From: Candidatus Obscuribacteraceae bacterium
Lineage (GTDB): Bacteria; Cyanobacteriota; Vampirovibrionia; Obscuribacterales; Obscuribacteraceae
Reading direction: 5' to 3'
Assembly (NCBI GenBank): GCA_044229845.1
Contig: JBGASG010000005.1
Location: forward strand, 256,001 to 320,000
Length of the DNA: 64,000 nt
Shown here: positions 28,658 to 37,622 of the stretch, one piece after another
Layout of the letters: each line of letters starts with the position of its first letter
Position numbering within the stretch: position 1 is the first letter of the stretch
Notes under the pieces: generated by a model
Told to the model about the DNA's origin: nothing
Seen by the model: only the letters and a program-made list of their open reading frames with translations
Databases searched by the model: none
Made by a program: the position numbers and the translations under genes

Positions 28658-30139
28658 ATGGATATCGCCATCCCGCTCGATCCCAGCTCGACAACTCCTT
28701 TGCACGTACAACTTTACGAAGGGCTGCGAAACGCCATTGTCATTGGCCGCCTGGTTCTAGGACAGCGGTTGCCTTCGACACGGGAAATCTCTAAATCGCT
28801 CGGCATCGCGCGGGCGACGGCCAGCGAAAGCTACGCGCAGCTGCTCGCGGAAGGCTATATCAACACCGTCGACCGGTCGGGCACTTTCGTGTGCTCGAAA
28901 CTACCCGAGAGCCACATCCGTATAGACAATCCCCGCCAGGCGCCCACGCGCCCCGATGGACAGCGCACTGCCTCGTCATGGACGCCGCGGGAACGCTTTC
29001 ATTTATCTGATTACGGCAATGCCGTGGCCGATTGCGGATCGCTAGTGGCGGAGACGCGCATCAGTCTCGGTTGCCCGGCCTTTGATAACTTCCCGGCTTC
29101 AGACTGGGCGCGCATTATGAACCGCCATTTCAAGAATGCCGAACGGGGATTGCTGGACTATTCGATTGACGTTCTCGGTTACCGCCCGTTGCGCGAAATC
29201 ATCTCCGAATGGTTGAAGCAAGCCCGCGCCGTCAACTGCCATCCGGATCGCATCATTATTACGTCCGGGTCGCAGCAGGCACTAGATCTGGTGGCACGCG
29301 TTTTCGTCAATCGTGGCGATGAATGTGTCGTCGAGCATCCGGTGTTTTTAGGCATCAAACAGATACTCACCGCCAACGGTGCTCGGCTGCGTCCGGTGCC
29401 GGTCGACGAGGATGGGTTGCAAACCGACAAGCTGCCCGGCAAGGACGAGGGCATCAAGCTCGTCTACGTTACCCCTTCGCATCAATACCCCACTGGTTGC
29501 GTCCTTTCTATGGAACGGCGGCGGCAACTTCTGGATTGGGCCAACCAATCTGGTGCCTTCATTCTGGAAGACGATTACAACACCGAGTTTCGTTACGGCG
29601 CCCGTCCGCTGCCCTCGTTGCAGGGCATGGACGAGTCGGATTGTGTCATCTATACGGGCACCTTTTCGAAGAGTCTTTTCCCGGCGTTGCGCCTGGGCTA
29701 TCTGGTGCCACCAGAAGGACTGGTGGATATCATGGCTGATGCCAAAGTGCTCTCCGATAGACAGAGCCCGCTGCTCGAACAGTATGTGCTCGCGGATTTC
29801 ATGCGCGAGGGACTCTTCGAGCAACATGTGAGGCGTATGCGCGCCCTCTATGAAGAGAGACACCAGACTCTCTTGAAGTCTTTCAAGGAACATTTCGGTG
29901 ACCGCGTGCGCATATTCGGTGAAGAGGCCGGCATGCACGTTTTACTGCGACTGGACCTGGGTTTGAGCCGCGATGAAATACTGGATCGCTCCGGTGATTT
30001 CAGCCTCGAACTGGTGAGCACCAATCCTTTCTATATTGAAGAACCACCGGCGGTGCCCGAGTTTCTCGTCGGCTTTACCAACTACACACCGGCAGAAATC
30101 AAAAGCGCCGTCGAAAAGCTTGCCAAGGCACTCGTGTAG
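28658..30139 (+). CDS. GntR/MocR-family PLP-dependent transcriptional regulator
   Basis: N-terminal wHTH (RLPSTRE), YVTPSHQYPTG, EDDY, GTFSKSLFPALRLGY. Confidence 0.95.
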   Translation: MDIAIPLDPSSTTPLHVQLYEGLRNAIVIGRLVLGQRLPSTREISKSLGIARATASESYAQLLAEGYINTVDRSGTFVCSKLPESHIRIDNPRQAPTRPDGQRTASSWTPRERFHLSDYGNAVADCGSLVAETRISLGCPAFDNFPASDWARIMNRHFKNAERGLLDYSIDVLGYRPLREIISEWLKQARAVNCHPDRIIITSGSQQALDLVARVFVNRGDECVVEHPVFLGIKQILTANGARLRPVPVDEDGLQTDKLPGKDEGIKLVYVTPSHQYPTGCVLSMERRRQLLDWANQSGAFILEDDYNTEFRYGARPLPSLQGMDESDCVIYTGTFSKSLFPALRLGYLVPPEGLVDIMADAKVLSDRQSPLLEQYVLADFMREGLFEQHVRRMRALYEERHQTLLKSFKEHFGDRVRIFGEEAGMHVLLRLDLGLSRDEILDRSGDFSLELVSTNPFYIEEPPAVPEFLVGFTNYTPAEIKSAVEKLAKALV

Positions 30140-30548
30140 CCAATTATCGGACATGAATAACCGACGCATAAACAGCCTTTGTCAGTGGCTAAATTTGATT
30201 ATCCGTGTTGACAAGTTCAAGATTTAATTTTGCTGATCTCAAGTTTGTCACCAAAGATGGTGGCTCGCAAAACCCGCTGTAGGTGTGGTTTATAACCACT
30301 GGACATCTGTCGTCGATATGCTGACAATTCACGTGACGGCTCTTTGCGGAACAAATACAAACATTTCGCCTATGTGCGGAATTGTCGAATGCCCGTACCG
30401 ATGAGCTTTTGCGGTGACTGACAAATGGCTGCAGTTGTGGTGTGGTTAAAAGCAAATATAGACCTACGCAAGAAAATGGGTAAAATTGGTTTGTCCTGCG
30501 GCCTGCTGGGTCCAAGGAAGTTCAGATTGCTAAGAGATGGAGATTTGC

Positions 30549-30941
30549 ATGTTTAAGAAGTTAGCGACCTCCTTTTTGCTAGCCTCGGCTCTAGTTGGCG
30601 GTATTGTTTCTCCGACGTTCGCTGCGGATGAAACCACTTTCCAATCAGTCGTAATGTTTCCCGTGCGCCTGCTCGGTTCAGGCGTGGGCGCAGTAATTGG
30701 CGTTCCGCTGGGAATCTTCAAGGACAGCGTAAAAGGTTTTGGTATGGCCGCCGATTGGACAGCCGATGCGGTTGGCGATAAAGACAACAAAGTTTCGCAA
30801 ACGGTCGGTTGGATCGTGGGCGGACCGATTGGTGCTGCCGGCGGTGGCGTTTATGGTGCGTTTGACGGAATGTGGCATGGTATGAGCACCGGCTACGAAA
30901 AACCGTTCAGTTCCGATTCCTTCACCTACAAAGATGAATAG
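30549..30941 (+). CDS. Secreted glycine-zipper protein, paralog 1
   Basis: GGAG RBS, signal peptide, PVRL, GxxxG repeats, GYEKPFS. Confidence 0.8.
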   Translation: MFKKLATSFLLASALVGGIVSPTFAADETTFQSVVMFPVRLLGSGVGAVIGVPLGIFKDSVKGFGMAADWTADAVGDKDNKVSQTVGWIVGGPIGAAGGGVYGAFDGMWHGMSTGYEKPFSSDSFTYKDE

Positions 30942-30981
30942 CGTCCAACAAATGCTGGTAAAGGACTAACGTACAGATATA

Positions 30982-31012
30982 AACCGAGGGTGGTTTGATA
31001 CCATCCTCGGTT
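30982..31012 (+). other. Intercistronic hairpin without a U-tract
   Basis: AACCGAGGGTGGT-TTGAT-ACCATCCTCGGTT, a 13-bp stem with one G-U pair. Confidence 0.6.
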
Positions 31013-31031
31013 CCACGTGGTAAAGAGGCTT

Positions 31032-31421
31032 ATGAACAAGAAATTCCTTATTACTCTGATAGCCAGTGCGCTTACTATGGGAGCCGCGTTGCCGACATTC
31101 GCCGACGACTCGTCCCTCGATGATTTTGCTTCACTCGCCGGCACCTCGACGGCACTGGTAATCGACGTTCCTCAGGCGATGATTGTGGACACGTTGTGGT
31201 GGAGCCCTCTCCATGCGCAGCGTTCGCTCGCAGGTCATTTTGGTGATGACAAAGGTTTGACGCAGAACGTAGCAGCCTTCGTTCTTGGCGTACCGTGGGG
31301 CATGGTATGGGGCATCCCATCCGGCGCTCTGCGTGGTGCCAAGCATGCTTGCAGCTCGGGCTGGGAAAAACCCTTCAGCACCGAGTCTTTCATGGTTATC
31401 AACCAGGAAGAAAGCAAATAG
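31032..31421 (+). CDS. Secreted glycine-zipper protein, paralog 2
   Basis: Signal peptide, DVP, FGDDKG..QN, GWEKPFS. Confidence 0.8.
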   Translation: MNKKFLITLIASALTMGAALPTFADDSSLDDFASLAGTSTALVIDVPQAMIVDTLWWSPLHAQRSLAGHFGDDKGLTQNVAAFVLGVPWGMVWGIPSGALRGAKHACSSGWEKPFSTESFMVINQEESK

Positions 31422-31457
31422 TTCGGCTTTGAAGCAACATCTAGAGACGGTGAAATT

Positions 31458-31865
31458 ATGAAAAACTTGACCAAGGTTCTCGGAGTAACGGCAATGGTGA
31501 TGGCATCGGCCATCGCTCCCTGCCTTGCTCTTGATTACGAAGCCAAGCCAGTCAATTGGGTTCTTCAAAGCCCTGTCAGATTGGTTGGAGCGTTGACCGG
31601 CGTTGCGGTTTCCGGTGGCATGATGGGACCCATCAACCACGGTTACGGCGGCTTCGTCAAAGGCACGCACCACTGGGCTGAAAAGTTCGGTGATGAAAAA
31701 GGAATGGGACAGAACATGGCTGCTGCGCCTACCTTCGGCGTCGGCGGTATTGTTGTCGGTTCCGGCTACGGCGTCCTCAGCGGTATCAAGAACGGCTGGA
31801 GACAGGGCTGGGAAAAACCATTCAGCAGATGGTCCTACTTGAACACATACCAAGAAGGTAAATAG
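31458..31865 (+). CDS. Secreted glycine-zipper protein, paralog 3
   Basis: Signal peptide, PVRL, FGDEKG..QN, GWEKPFS. Confidence 0.8.
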   Translation: MKNLTKVLGVTAMVMASAIAPCLALDYEAKPVNWVLQSPVRLVGALTGVAVSGGMMGPINHGYGGFVKGTHHWAEKFGDEKGMGQNMAAAPTFGVGGIVVGSGYGVLSGIKNGWRQGWEKPFSRWSYLNTYQEGK

Positions 31866-31896
31866 TGGTCCGCCACGCTAGAGAGAGAGAATAAAG

Positions 31897-32346
31897 ATGC
31901 TTAAAAAGACGATCCTTACTTCCATGCTGGCAGCGGCGGCGCTTGTTTCTACAGTCGCACCTTGCTTTGCATATCCTGAGCGCCCAGAAGACTGGCGCGT
32001 TCAGTACGAAATCTACTACTTCCCAGTACGTCTGATTTCGATGGCTACCGGCATCCTCTGGGATGTACCAACGGCAGCCTTCCAAGATGGCATCAAAGGC
32101 GCCATCGGTGGAACCAAAGTCGTTGCCCGCAAACTGGGCAAAGAAGATGGTTTCTATGAATTGTCGGCCGGCGGCTTGGTTGGGGGACCAGTTGGTCTCG
32201 CCAGCGGCGCTGCTTACGGATTGCTTCACGGCTTCGGCTATGGCACCTGGCACGGCTTCATGGGCTACCAGAGCCCCCACAATGGCAGCCACGTCAGCCT
32301 GTTCCAGGGCAGACAATATGTCGTTCCTTACGATGACGACTATTAA
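31897..32346 (+). CDS. Secreted glycine-zipper protein, paralog 4
   Basis: Signal peptide, FPVRL, DVP, VGGPVG...G..YG...G; lacks EKPFS. Confidence 0.8.
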   Translation: MLKKTILTSMLAAAALVSTVAPCFAYPERPEDWRVQYEIYYFPVRLISMATGILWDVPTAAFQDGIKGAIGGTKVVARKLGKEDGFYELSAGGLVGGPVGLASGAAYGLLHGFGYGTWHGFMGYQSPHNGSHVSLFQGRQYVVPYDDDY

Positions 32347-32375
32347 ACCCGGACCCTGATGAGTGCAAATCTCAA

Positions 32376-32408
32376 GCAAGCCCCGGCTCCGGCTGGGGCT
32401 TGCGCTTT
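32376..32408 (+). terminator. Hairpin closing the four-gene cluster
   Basis: GCAAGCCCCGGC-TCCG-GCTGGGGCTTGC followed by a short T run. Confidence 0.6.
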
Positions 32409-32482
32409 GCAGGGGTGTACGAGAACATGGAGGTGTCCTCTTTTTCCCTTAGGGCGCAACAACACTTGTGTTGTTTTTGTTT

Positions 32483-32578
32483 TGTCGACTGTATCCGTTG
32501 TTGACTGGTCGTCAGATGCAATGGTCATACAGTTAACCAATCGACTCGTCGACTGGTACACCAGTCGTATTGTTAACA
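32483..32578. promoter_or_regulatory. Array A of phased 8-bp AGTCGACT-like boxes
   Basis: In-register octamers TGTCGACT, gtatccgt, TGTTGACT, GGTCGTCA, gatgcaat, GGTCATAC, AGTTAACC, AATCGACT, CGTCGACT, GGTACACC, AGTCGTAT, TGTTAACA. Confidence 0.75.
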
Positions 32579-32791
32579 GGTGAAATCATCAAGTGGAAAC
32601 GCTGTTTTCGTCAATCGCCCCTGAATCTGAGTCTCCATGCTGATTTTGCATAGAGGGCCGCAATGGCATGCCATCATATATGGTGGCACGGCGTGGATTT
32701 CCGACGGCAGACAAAATACGGGCGATTCCGTAAACTGATTAGGGGTTTCCCGTGAGAACATTCGGGCCATACTGATGGCAGTGCTCAGCAC

Positions 32792-34417
32792 ATGAATGCG
32801 GTTGCCCCTCACCTATTGGAGCCGGAGAAACTCTCCATGTTACGCGAAGATTGGCTTCCCGCCACGTTCTCCAAGGTTATCCACAAGCGCAGGGAATACC
32901 TGCGAATCTCGCAGGAAGAGCTGTCACAGCGCAGCGGACTGCATCGCACCTATATCAGCGACGTCGAGCGCGGCGCGCGCAATGTTTCTCTCAAAAACAT
33001 GAGCAAGCTGGCTGCGGCGCTCGAAATCTCGCCCTCAGCCTTGATGCGCTGGACAGAAATGCGAAATGCGAACGCGCTCGGCGGGTTGATTCTCGAACCG
33101 GAATTCCTCGCCTACCTCGATGGTATGGGCGCAGGCTACGTGCTGCTCGAACAGGGCGGTGCCGTCATCAATGCCAACGGAGTCTTTGCCGAGTGGCTTG
33201 CACGCTCAATCGAGACGCTTGTCGGTACTAGATTTGTTGAAACGGTCGCCGACGATGACCGCGCCAAAGTGCAAGCGGCCCTGGAAGCCGTCCGGGTCGG
33301 CACCTTCAAAGACGCACTGAAAGTGCGTCTGAAATTAGTGTCGGGCGAGTTGCTCCCTGTTCTCCTGCAACTCGACCCAATCAAGGATGAATCTGACGAG
33401 TACTCGATGACCCGCATCAATGTGTCTCAAAGTTCGACCGCAGCCGGCGCATCCTCGTCAGCAAGCGCCGAGTTACTGCCATTGTCCCGGATCGATGCTG
33501 CAAGTCTGGCGCCGCATGCGTTGCACAAGGCCATTAGCGGCGGCATTCCGATGGCGGCGATGGCAATCAAGGGCGATGTAATTTCGTTTTGGAATGAAGC
33601 AGCCCACGACCTCTTTGGATACTCCGTCAGCGAGGCGCTGGGCGCACCGGTGACTTTGATTGTTCCGGAGGCGAGGCTGCCTGAGCTCAATGATGTTTCT
33701 GCGCGTGCCCGCCAGGGATTTGCGCGACAGCAGCTGGATGTGCGCTACAAGTCGAAATCCAACTCACCGCTCAACCTCTCCATGACGTGCGTGCCGGTGC
33801 CTGATCTCGCTGATGAGCCGCAATTGCTTTGTTTCTTCAGCTGTGCGTCGCAGAGATCCAGTGGCACTGATTTCTTGTCGCTGCAACTAGCGGTGGTATC
33901 AGCTCTGGAAGAGTCAGAGTCGTTCACCGAAGCGGTGCCCGGCTTGCTTGCTGCTTTCGCGGGAGACCGCTTCCACTTTGCGATGCTCTGGTGGGTCGAT
34001 CCGGACAGCGGTCATTTGCGCCCCTTCGGGCACACCACCATCGATTTGCCACCAGATGCAGTGCAATCTTTGACCGAAGGCATTCGGTTTCTGAGCAACG
34101 GACTGCCCCGCATCGTCTGGGAAACGCGGCAACCCTTCTGGATTCCGGACGTCAGCCGAGAGCCTCGGTCGCGCCCGCAAGTCAGTGCCAATCAACTGGG
34201 ACTGGTGTCGGGCGTCTGGTTCCCGATCACCGTCGGACGAGAGGTCATCGGTGTTTTCGAGCTTTTGTCGAAGGACTCGCTGCCCCAGGACGATCAGACA
34301 ATTGAAGTCTTCAGTTCGCTGGGTTCCCGCATCGGGCGCAGCATCCTGCGAAGCGGCGAACGCCCGCGTATAAGTGAAACCGGCACCACCAGCCAATCAA
34401 AGCAAGTTGTAACCTGA
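32792..34417 (+). CDS. XRE-HTH + PAS + PAS + GAF one-component regulator
   Basis: SQEELSQRSGLHRTYISDVERGARNVSL HTH; PAS motifs (NANGVFAEWL, WNEAAHDLFGYS..EALG); GAF (GLPRIVWETRQPFWIPDV, FPI.VG.EVIGVFEL). Confidence 0.85.
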   Translation: MNAVAPHLLEPEKLSMLREDWLPATFSKVIHKRREYLRISQEELSQRSGLHRTYISDVERGARNVSLKNMSKLAAALEISPSALMRWTEMRNANALGGLILEPEFLAYLDGMGAGYVLLEQGGAVINANGVFAEWLARSIETLVGTRFVETVADDDRAKVQAALEAVRVGTFKDALKVRLKLVSGELLPVLLQLDPIKDESDEYSMTRINVSQSSTAAGASSSASAELLPLSRIDAASLAPHALHKAISGGIPMAAMAIKGDVISFWNEAAHDLFGYSVSEALGAPVTLIVPEARLPELNDVSARARQGFARQQLDVRYKSKSNSPLNLSMTCVPVPDLADEPQLLCFFSCASQRSSGTDFLSLQLAVVSALEESESFTEAVPGLLAAFAGDRFHFAMLWWVDPDSGHLRPFGHTTIDLPPDAVQSLTEGIRFLSNGLPRIVWETRQPFWIPDVSREPRSRPQVSANQLGLVSGVWFPITVGREVIGVFELLSKDSLPQDDQTIEVFSSLGSRIGRSILRSGERPRISETGTTSQSKQVVT

Positions 34418-34465
34418 AAGATGCTGGCGCAGCCGTGTCGCCTGATGGCGATGTCAACTGTTGTT

Positions 34466-34513
34466 TGTCGTATCGTAGTCCGTTTCACTAGTCGACAATA
34501 CGAATGTTGGTCA
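34466..34513. promoter_or_regulatory. Array B of phased 8-bp boxes upstream of the RHH gene
   Basis: TGTCGTAT, CGTAGTCC, GTTTCACT, AGTCGACA, ATACGAAT, GTTGGTCA; an extra out-of-phase TGTCAACT at 34452. Confidence 0.6.
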
Positions 34514-34633
34514 AAATCTGCCGCATCCTCGTGGAACAGAACCGGAGCGAACCGTCAGCAGCCCTTGGCGAATCCGCCGGCGAGTGCTATATTGTGTTCA
34601 GTGCAATTTGTAATCGCGTGAGTACAAAGTGTA

Positions 34634-35227
34634 GTGGGCGAGAAAACATCAAATATCAGCATACGCATCCCCGATGAGTACCGAAAGCGGCTCCAGCTGC
34701 AGGCGGACAAGAAGTCGATTAGCTTCAACGCCCACGTGCAGCGGATTATCGAGATTCATTTGATGAACTCGGGCTTTGGACCCACCTCGGTGACATCAAA
34801 CTCGGGACGGCTTTTCCAGATACGCTGCGAGCCCTATCTCGACAACGTTGACGAAACCACCTGGGCATACTTCATAGATGAGCCCAAGTACGAGAAGGAG
34901 CGCGCCTATTACTTGATCGGTATCGGCAGAACAATTCTGCGCGACTGGCAGGTGAAGGACAAATCCACCGTCTCCAAAGAAGTCGGACTGGCGCTGCTCA
35001 GCTACTACAACAGAAAAGGTTTGGAGGTCGATCGACTCGTCTGGAACCAATATCCCGGACCAGACAACGACGGCCGTCGGGTGCTTCAGGTCGCTGAAGT
35101 GCCCGAGACACTGGAAGAGTTTCTTGATCTATTGATGACCGACAAGTGGACCGACAAATTCGTTTCCCAGGACGAGAAGAGCCAGGATATGCGGAGGGGT
35201 CGACCAGAATCGGCACTGTATCGCTAG
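34634..35227 (+). CDS. Arc/MetJ-type ribbon-helix-helix DNA-binding protein with an unknown C-terminal domain
   Basis: N-terminal NISIRIPDEYRKRLQLQADKKSISFNAHVQRII fits the RHH pattern. Confidence 0.8.
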   Translation: MGEKTSNISIRIPDEYRKRLQLQADKKSISFNAHVQRIIEIHLMNSGFGPTSVTSNSGRLFQIRCEPYLDNVDETTWAYFIDEPKYEKERAYYLIGIGRTILRDWQVKDKSTVSKEVGLALLSYYNRKGLEVDRLVWNQYPGPDNDGRRVLQVAEVPETLEEFLDLLMTDKWTDKFVSQDEKSQDMRRGRPESALYR

Positions 35228-35431
35228 TTTCCCCGTAGTGCGTGAGGACGCACTGACCTATCGATGAATTAGAGCCAGGAGCACCACTCCTGGTGCTAGT
35301 GGCACGCGCGCTGAACACGCGTCTGCCTTTAGATAATGGCGCGAGCCTGACTCGCTCGCGCCTCCAGATCGGTGTACGCGTGCCTGGCACTCGTGCCCGC
35401 GGATTGTGGCGAAAACCTGAGGAGGTTCATC

Positions 35432-36295
35432 GTGCTTGCAGAATTTATCGCGTTATTCTTGTTGTTCTACGTATGGCATGGACTGGGTGTCACCGTCGGA
35501 TACCATCGCCTGATTTCACACCGCTCCTTCTCGTGCCCCAAGTTCGTCGAATACTTCTGGGTGTTGGCGGGATACCTCGCCTTCGAGGGGTCTCCTATCT
35601 GGTGGGCGACAATTCACAGAGCGCACCATCGGCATGCCGACACCAAGCTGGACCCGCACTCACCTCGGTTTGGGCTCTTTCACGCTCACGTCGGCTGGCT
35701 TATGGAAGCCGGTTATCCCGCGCATATCAATCCCGAAACTCAAGCCAAAGATCTGATCAAGGATCCAATCTATAGATTCCTCGAGCAGGGTGGACGGTGG
35801 CAACGAGCGCATCACGTGGCTGCAGTGCTCTGCATCGGATTCCGTTTGGTACTGTGGGCGCTGTGGGGTCCAATCCCGGCGTTGGCAAGTCTTCTAGCCG
35901 GCTTGGCTGTGCAACAGATTCCCTTCATGCTCAACGTCGTTTGCCACCTGCCCAAGTGGGGCTACAAAACATTTGCCGCTGCCGATGACAGCGTCAATAT
36001 CTGGTGGGTGGCGATCCTTGCAATGGGTGAAGGTTGGCACAACAACCACCATGCCAGCCCTGGTTCCGCTAAAACAGGTTTGATGCCGTGGGAATTCGAT
36101 CTCTCCTGGCTGACCATTTGCATGATGAAGCGTCTCAATCTTGTCGGTCGAGTCAATGTCGTCAGTCAAGAGGAGCTGACAATCAAGATGCTCGCCAAAG
36201 CCGCTAAGCAGCGTGCTAAGAATGCTCCCAAACTGCGGACGGCTCGCATCATCCGCGGTGCCCGGCATCTCACCAGTAAGCGAGTTGCATCCTAG
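35432..36295 (+). CDS. Delta-9-type membrane fatty acid desaturase
   Basis: His boxes GYHRLISH, HRAHH and GEGWHNNHH; DPHSP; GGAGG RBS before GTG. Confidence 0.92.
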   Translation: MLAEFIALFLLFYVWHGLGVTVGYHRLISHRSFSCPKFVEYFWVLAGYLAFEGSPIWWATIHRAHHRHADTKLDPHSPRFGLFHAHVGWLMEAGYPAHINPETQAKDLIKDPIYRFLEQGGRWQRAHHVAAVLCIGFRLVLWALWGPIPALASLLAGLAVQQIPFMLNVVCHLPKWGYKTFAAADDSVNIWWVAILAMGEGWHNNHHASPGSAKTGLMPWEFDLSWLTICMMKRLNLVGRVNVVSQEELTIKMLAKAAKQRAKNAPKLRTARIIRGARHLTSKRVAS

Positions 36296-36505
36296 CTTCA
36301 GCGACTCTTAACGACTTTTCAGCCACATCCCTGGACACGATGCTGAGGATGTGGCTGCGTCATACGGAAGAAACTCGATTAGCGTCTTTTTTGCGGTCTG
36401 AAACGCACTGCAGCGCCGCACGCGCTGATAATGTATATTATGTTTCACCGCCGGCGGTGCCGGCGAAATCGCTGGACCTTCGTATTTGCGTTTTAAGGCA
36501 CCTGA

Positions 36506-36967
36506 ATGCGAGCGATCCTCATCATCATACTAGCTGCCTCTCTCTGGGACCCTTCTATGCCCGCAGAGGCGGGTGGGGGTAGTGGGCTGGTCGCCCGGGT
36601 CAATCAATTAATAGACAAGCGCCAGAACGCCGAAGCCAAGAAGTTGGTCGATCAGGCGCTGCGAAAAAATCGTGGCGATGCTCGGGCTCATTTCGCAAAA
36701 GCGAAAATCTATGTATCCGAGGCCAAGATCGATGAAGGTGTCAGCGAACTTCATCAAGCGATTAAATATGACCCGCGCGACGCGGAGGCTTACTACTTGC
36801 TCGGTATTCTTGAGTTCACGCGCGGTCATCAACAAGAGGCAGCTGATGCCTGGCGCGAAGCCATGAAGTACAAACCGTCGCTTCGCCATGCAAAAGATTG
36901 CAAGTGCGGAAGCATCGATTCGCTGCTCAAACAATATCCGCCTCGAAAAAAACGCAAGACCAGTTAG
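36506..36967 (+). CDS. Secreted TPR protein
   Basis: Signal peptide; TPR motifs (AIKYDPRDAEAYYLLG). Confidence 0.8.
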   Translation: MRAILIIILAASLWDPSMPAEAGGGSGLVARVNQLIDKRQNAEAKKLVDQALRKNRGDARAHFAKAKIYVSEAKIDEGVSELHQAIKYDPRDAEAYYLLGILEFTRGHQQEAADAWREAMKYKPSLRHAKDCKCGSIDSLLKQYPPRKKRKTS

Positions 36968-37416
36968 CTGTTGTCGGAGCACAAAAGAGTTTCTTGAATG
37001 AAACGTTTTAGAGCTACCTTGGAAAAGGGAACCAGCAATAGACTGCCGATAGGATAGATGAGTAATCCAAGGGGCAGATAAAGCCAATCCCAGATTGTGG
37101 TGGGGTGAATGATGAACGCTTCCATCCCCAATCCGATAACAAGGAACGCCAGGGTCACCGCGAGTCCTAGCGGTTGCGCAAAGATTGTCGATCCGTGAAT
37201 CTCGACCGCAACCTTAGTTCCTGCGCCGTCGGATGTTGCTTTCGCCGAGAGCAGTGCGTAAGAGTTTGCATAATCAACGCGACACGAAAAGCCTAGTTTA
37301 TCGCCGGTCGCATCGCATGGACCGATCCGCGGAGCCATCTCCTTGCGGCTTGACTGCAGCTGTTCGATCAACTGATTGGGCGGCAACGGCACTTCAATCT
37401 CAAATGAGTCAGGCAA
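36964..37416 (-). CDS. Hypothetical membrane protein (2 TM)
   Basis: ORF fills the gap; two hydrophobic helices near the C-terminus. Confidence 0.5.
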   Translation of the reverse strand: MPDSFEIEVPLPPNQLIEQLQSSRKEMAPRIGPCDATGDKLGFSCRVDYANSYALLSAKATSDGAGTKVAVEIHGSTIFAQPLGLAVTLAFLVIGLGMEAFIIHPTTIWDWLYLPLGLLIYPIGSLLLVPFSKVALKRFIQETLLCSDNS

Positions 37417-37622
37417 GACCGGCTCCAGTGGCGAGACAGGAGAAGTATAGTCTGGTTAGACAACAGTCGCTTCCTGGGACAACCCGCTGCCCACCTCTAG
37501 CCCTCTGCCAGCGCGAAAATTACGATTTCATTCGTGATATCCCCATTGAGGACGTCCATCGGAGTCGATAACCTGGGTCTATTCCCTCACCGTGACCCAG
37601 CAAAGCTTTGAGGACCATAGGC

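Noticed and set aside
30200..30335. Fourth octamer array upstream of the glycine-zipper operon (TGTTGACA, CGTCGATA, TGCTGACA)
   Set aside because: Only one or two weak adjacent boxes, with no sustained 8-bp register.
32483..32578. Octamer arrays as CRISPR, replication iterons or a parS/centromere
   Set aside because: No spacers and no rep, dnaA or parA gene nearby. All three arrays sit 5' of genes, which favours operators, though a centromere-like role is not formally excluded.
34634..35227. HicB/Arc-type antitoxin of a TA pair
   Set aside because: No neighbouring toxin ORF, and it carries a large additional domain.
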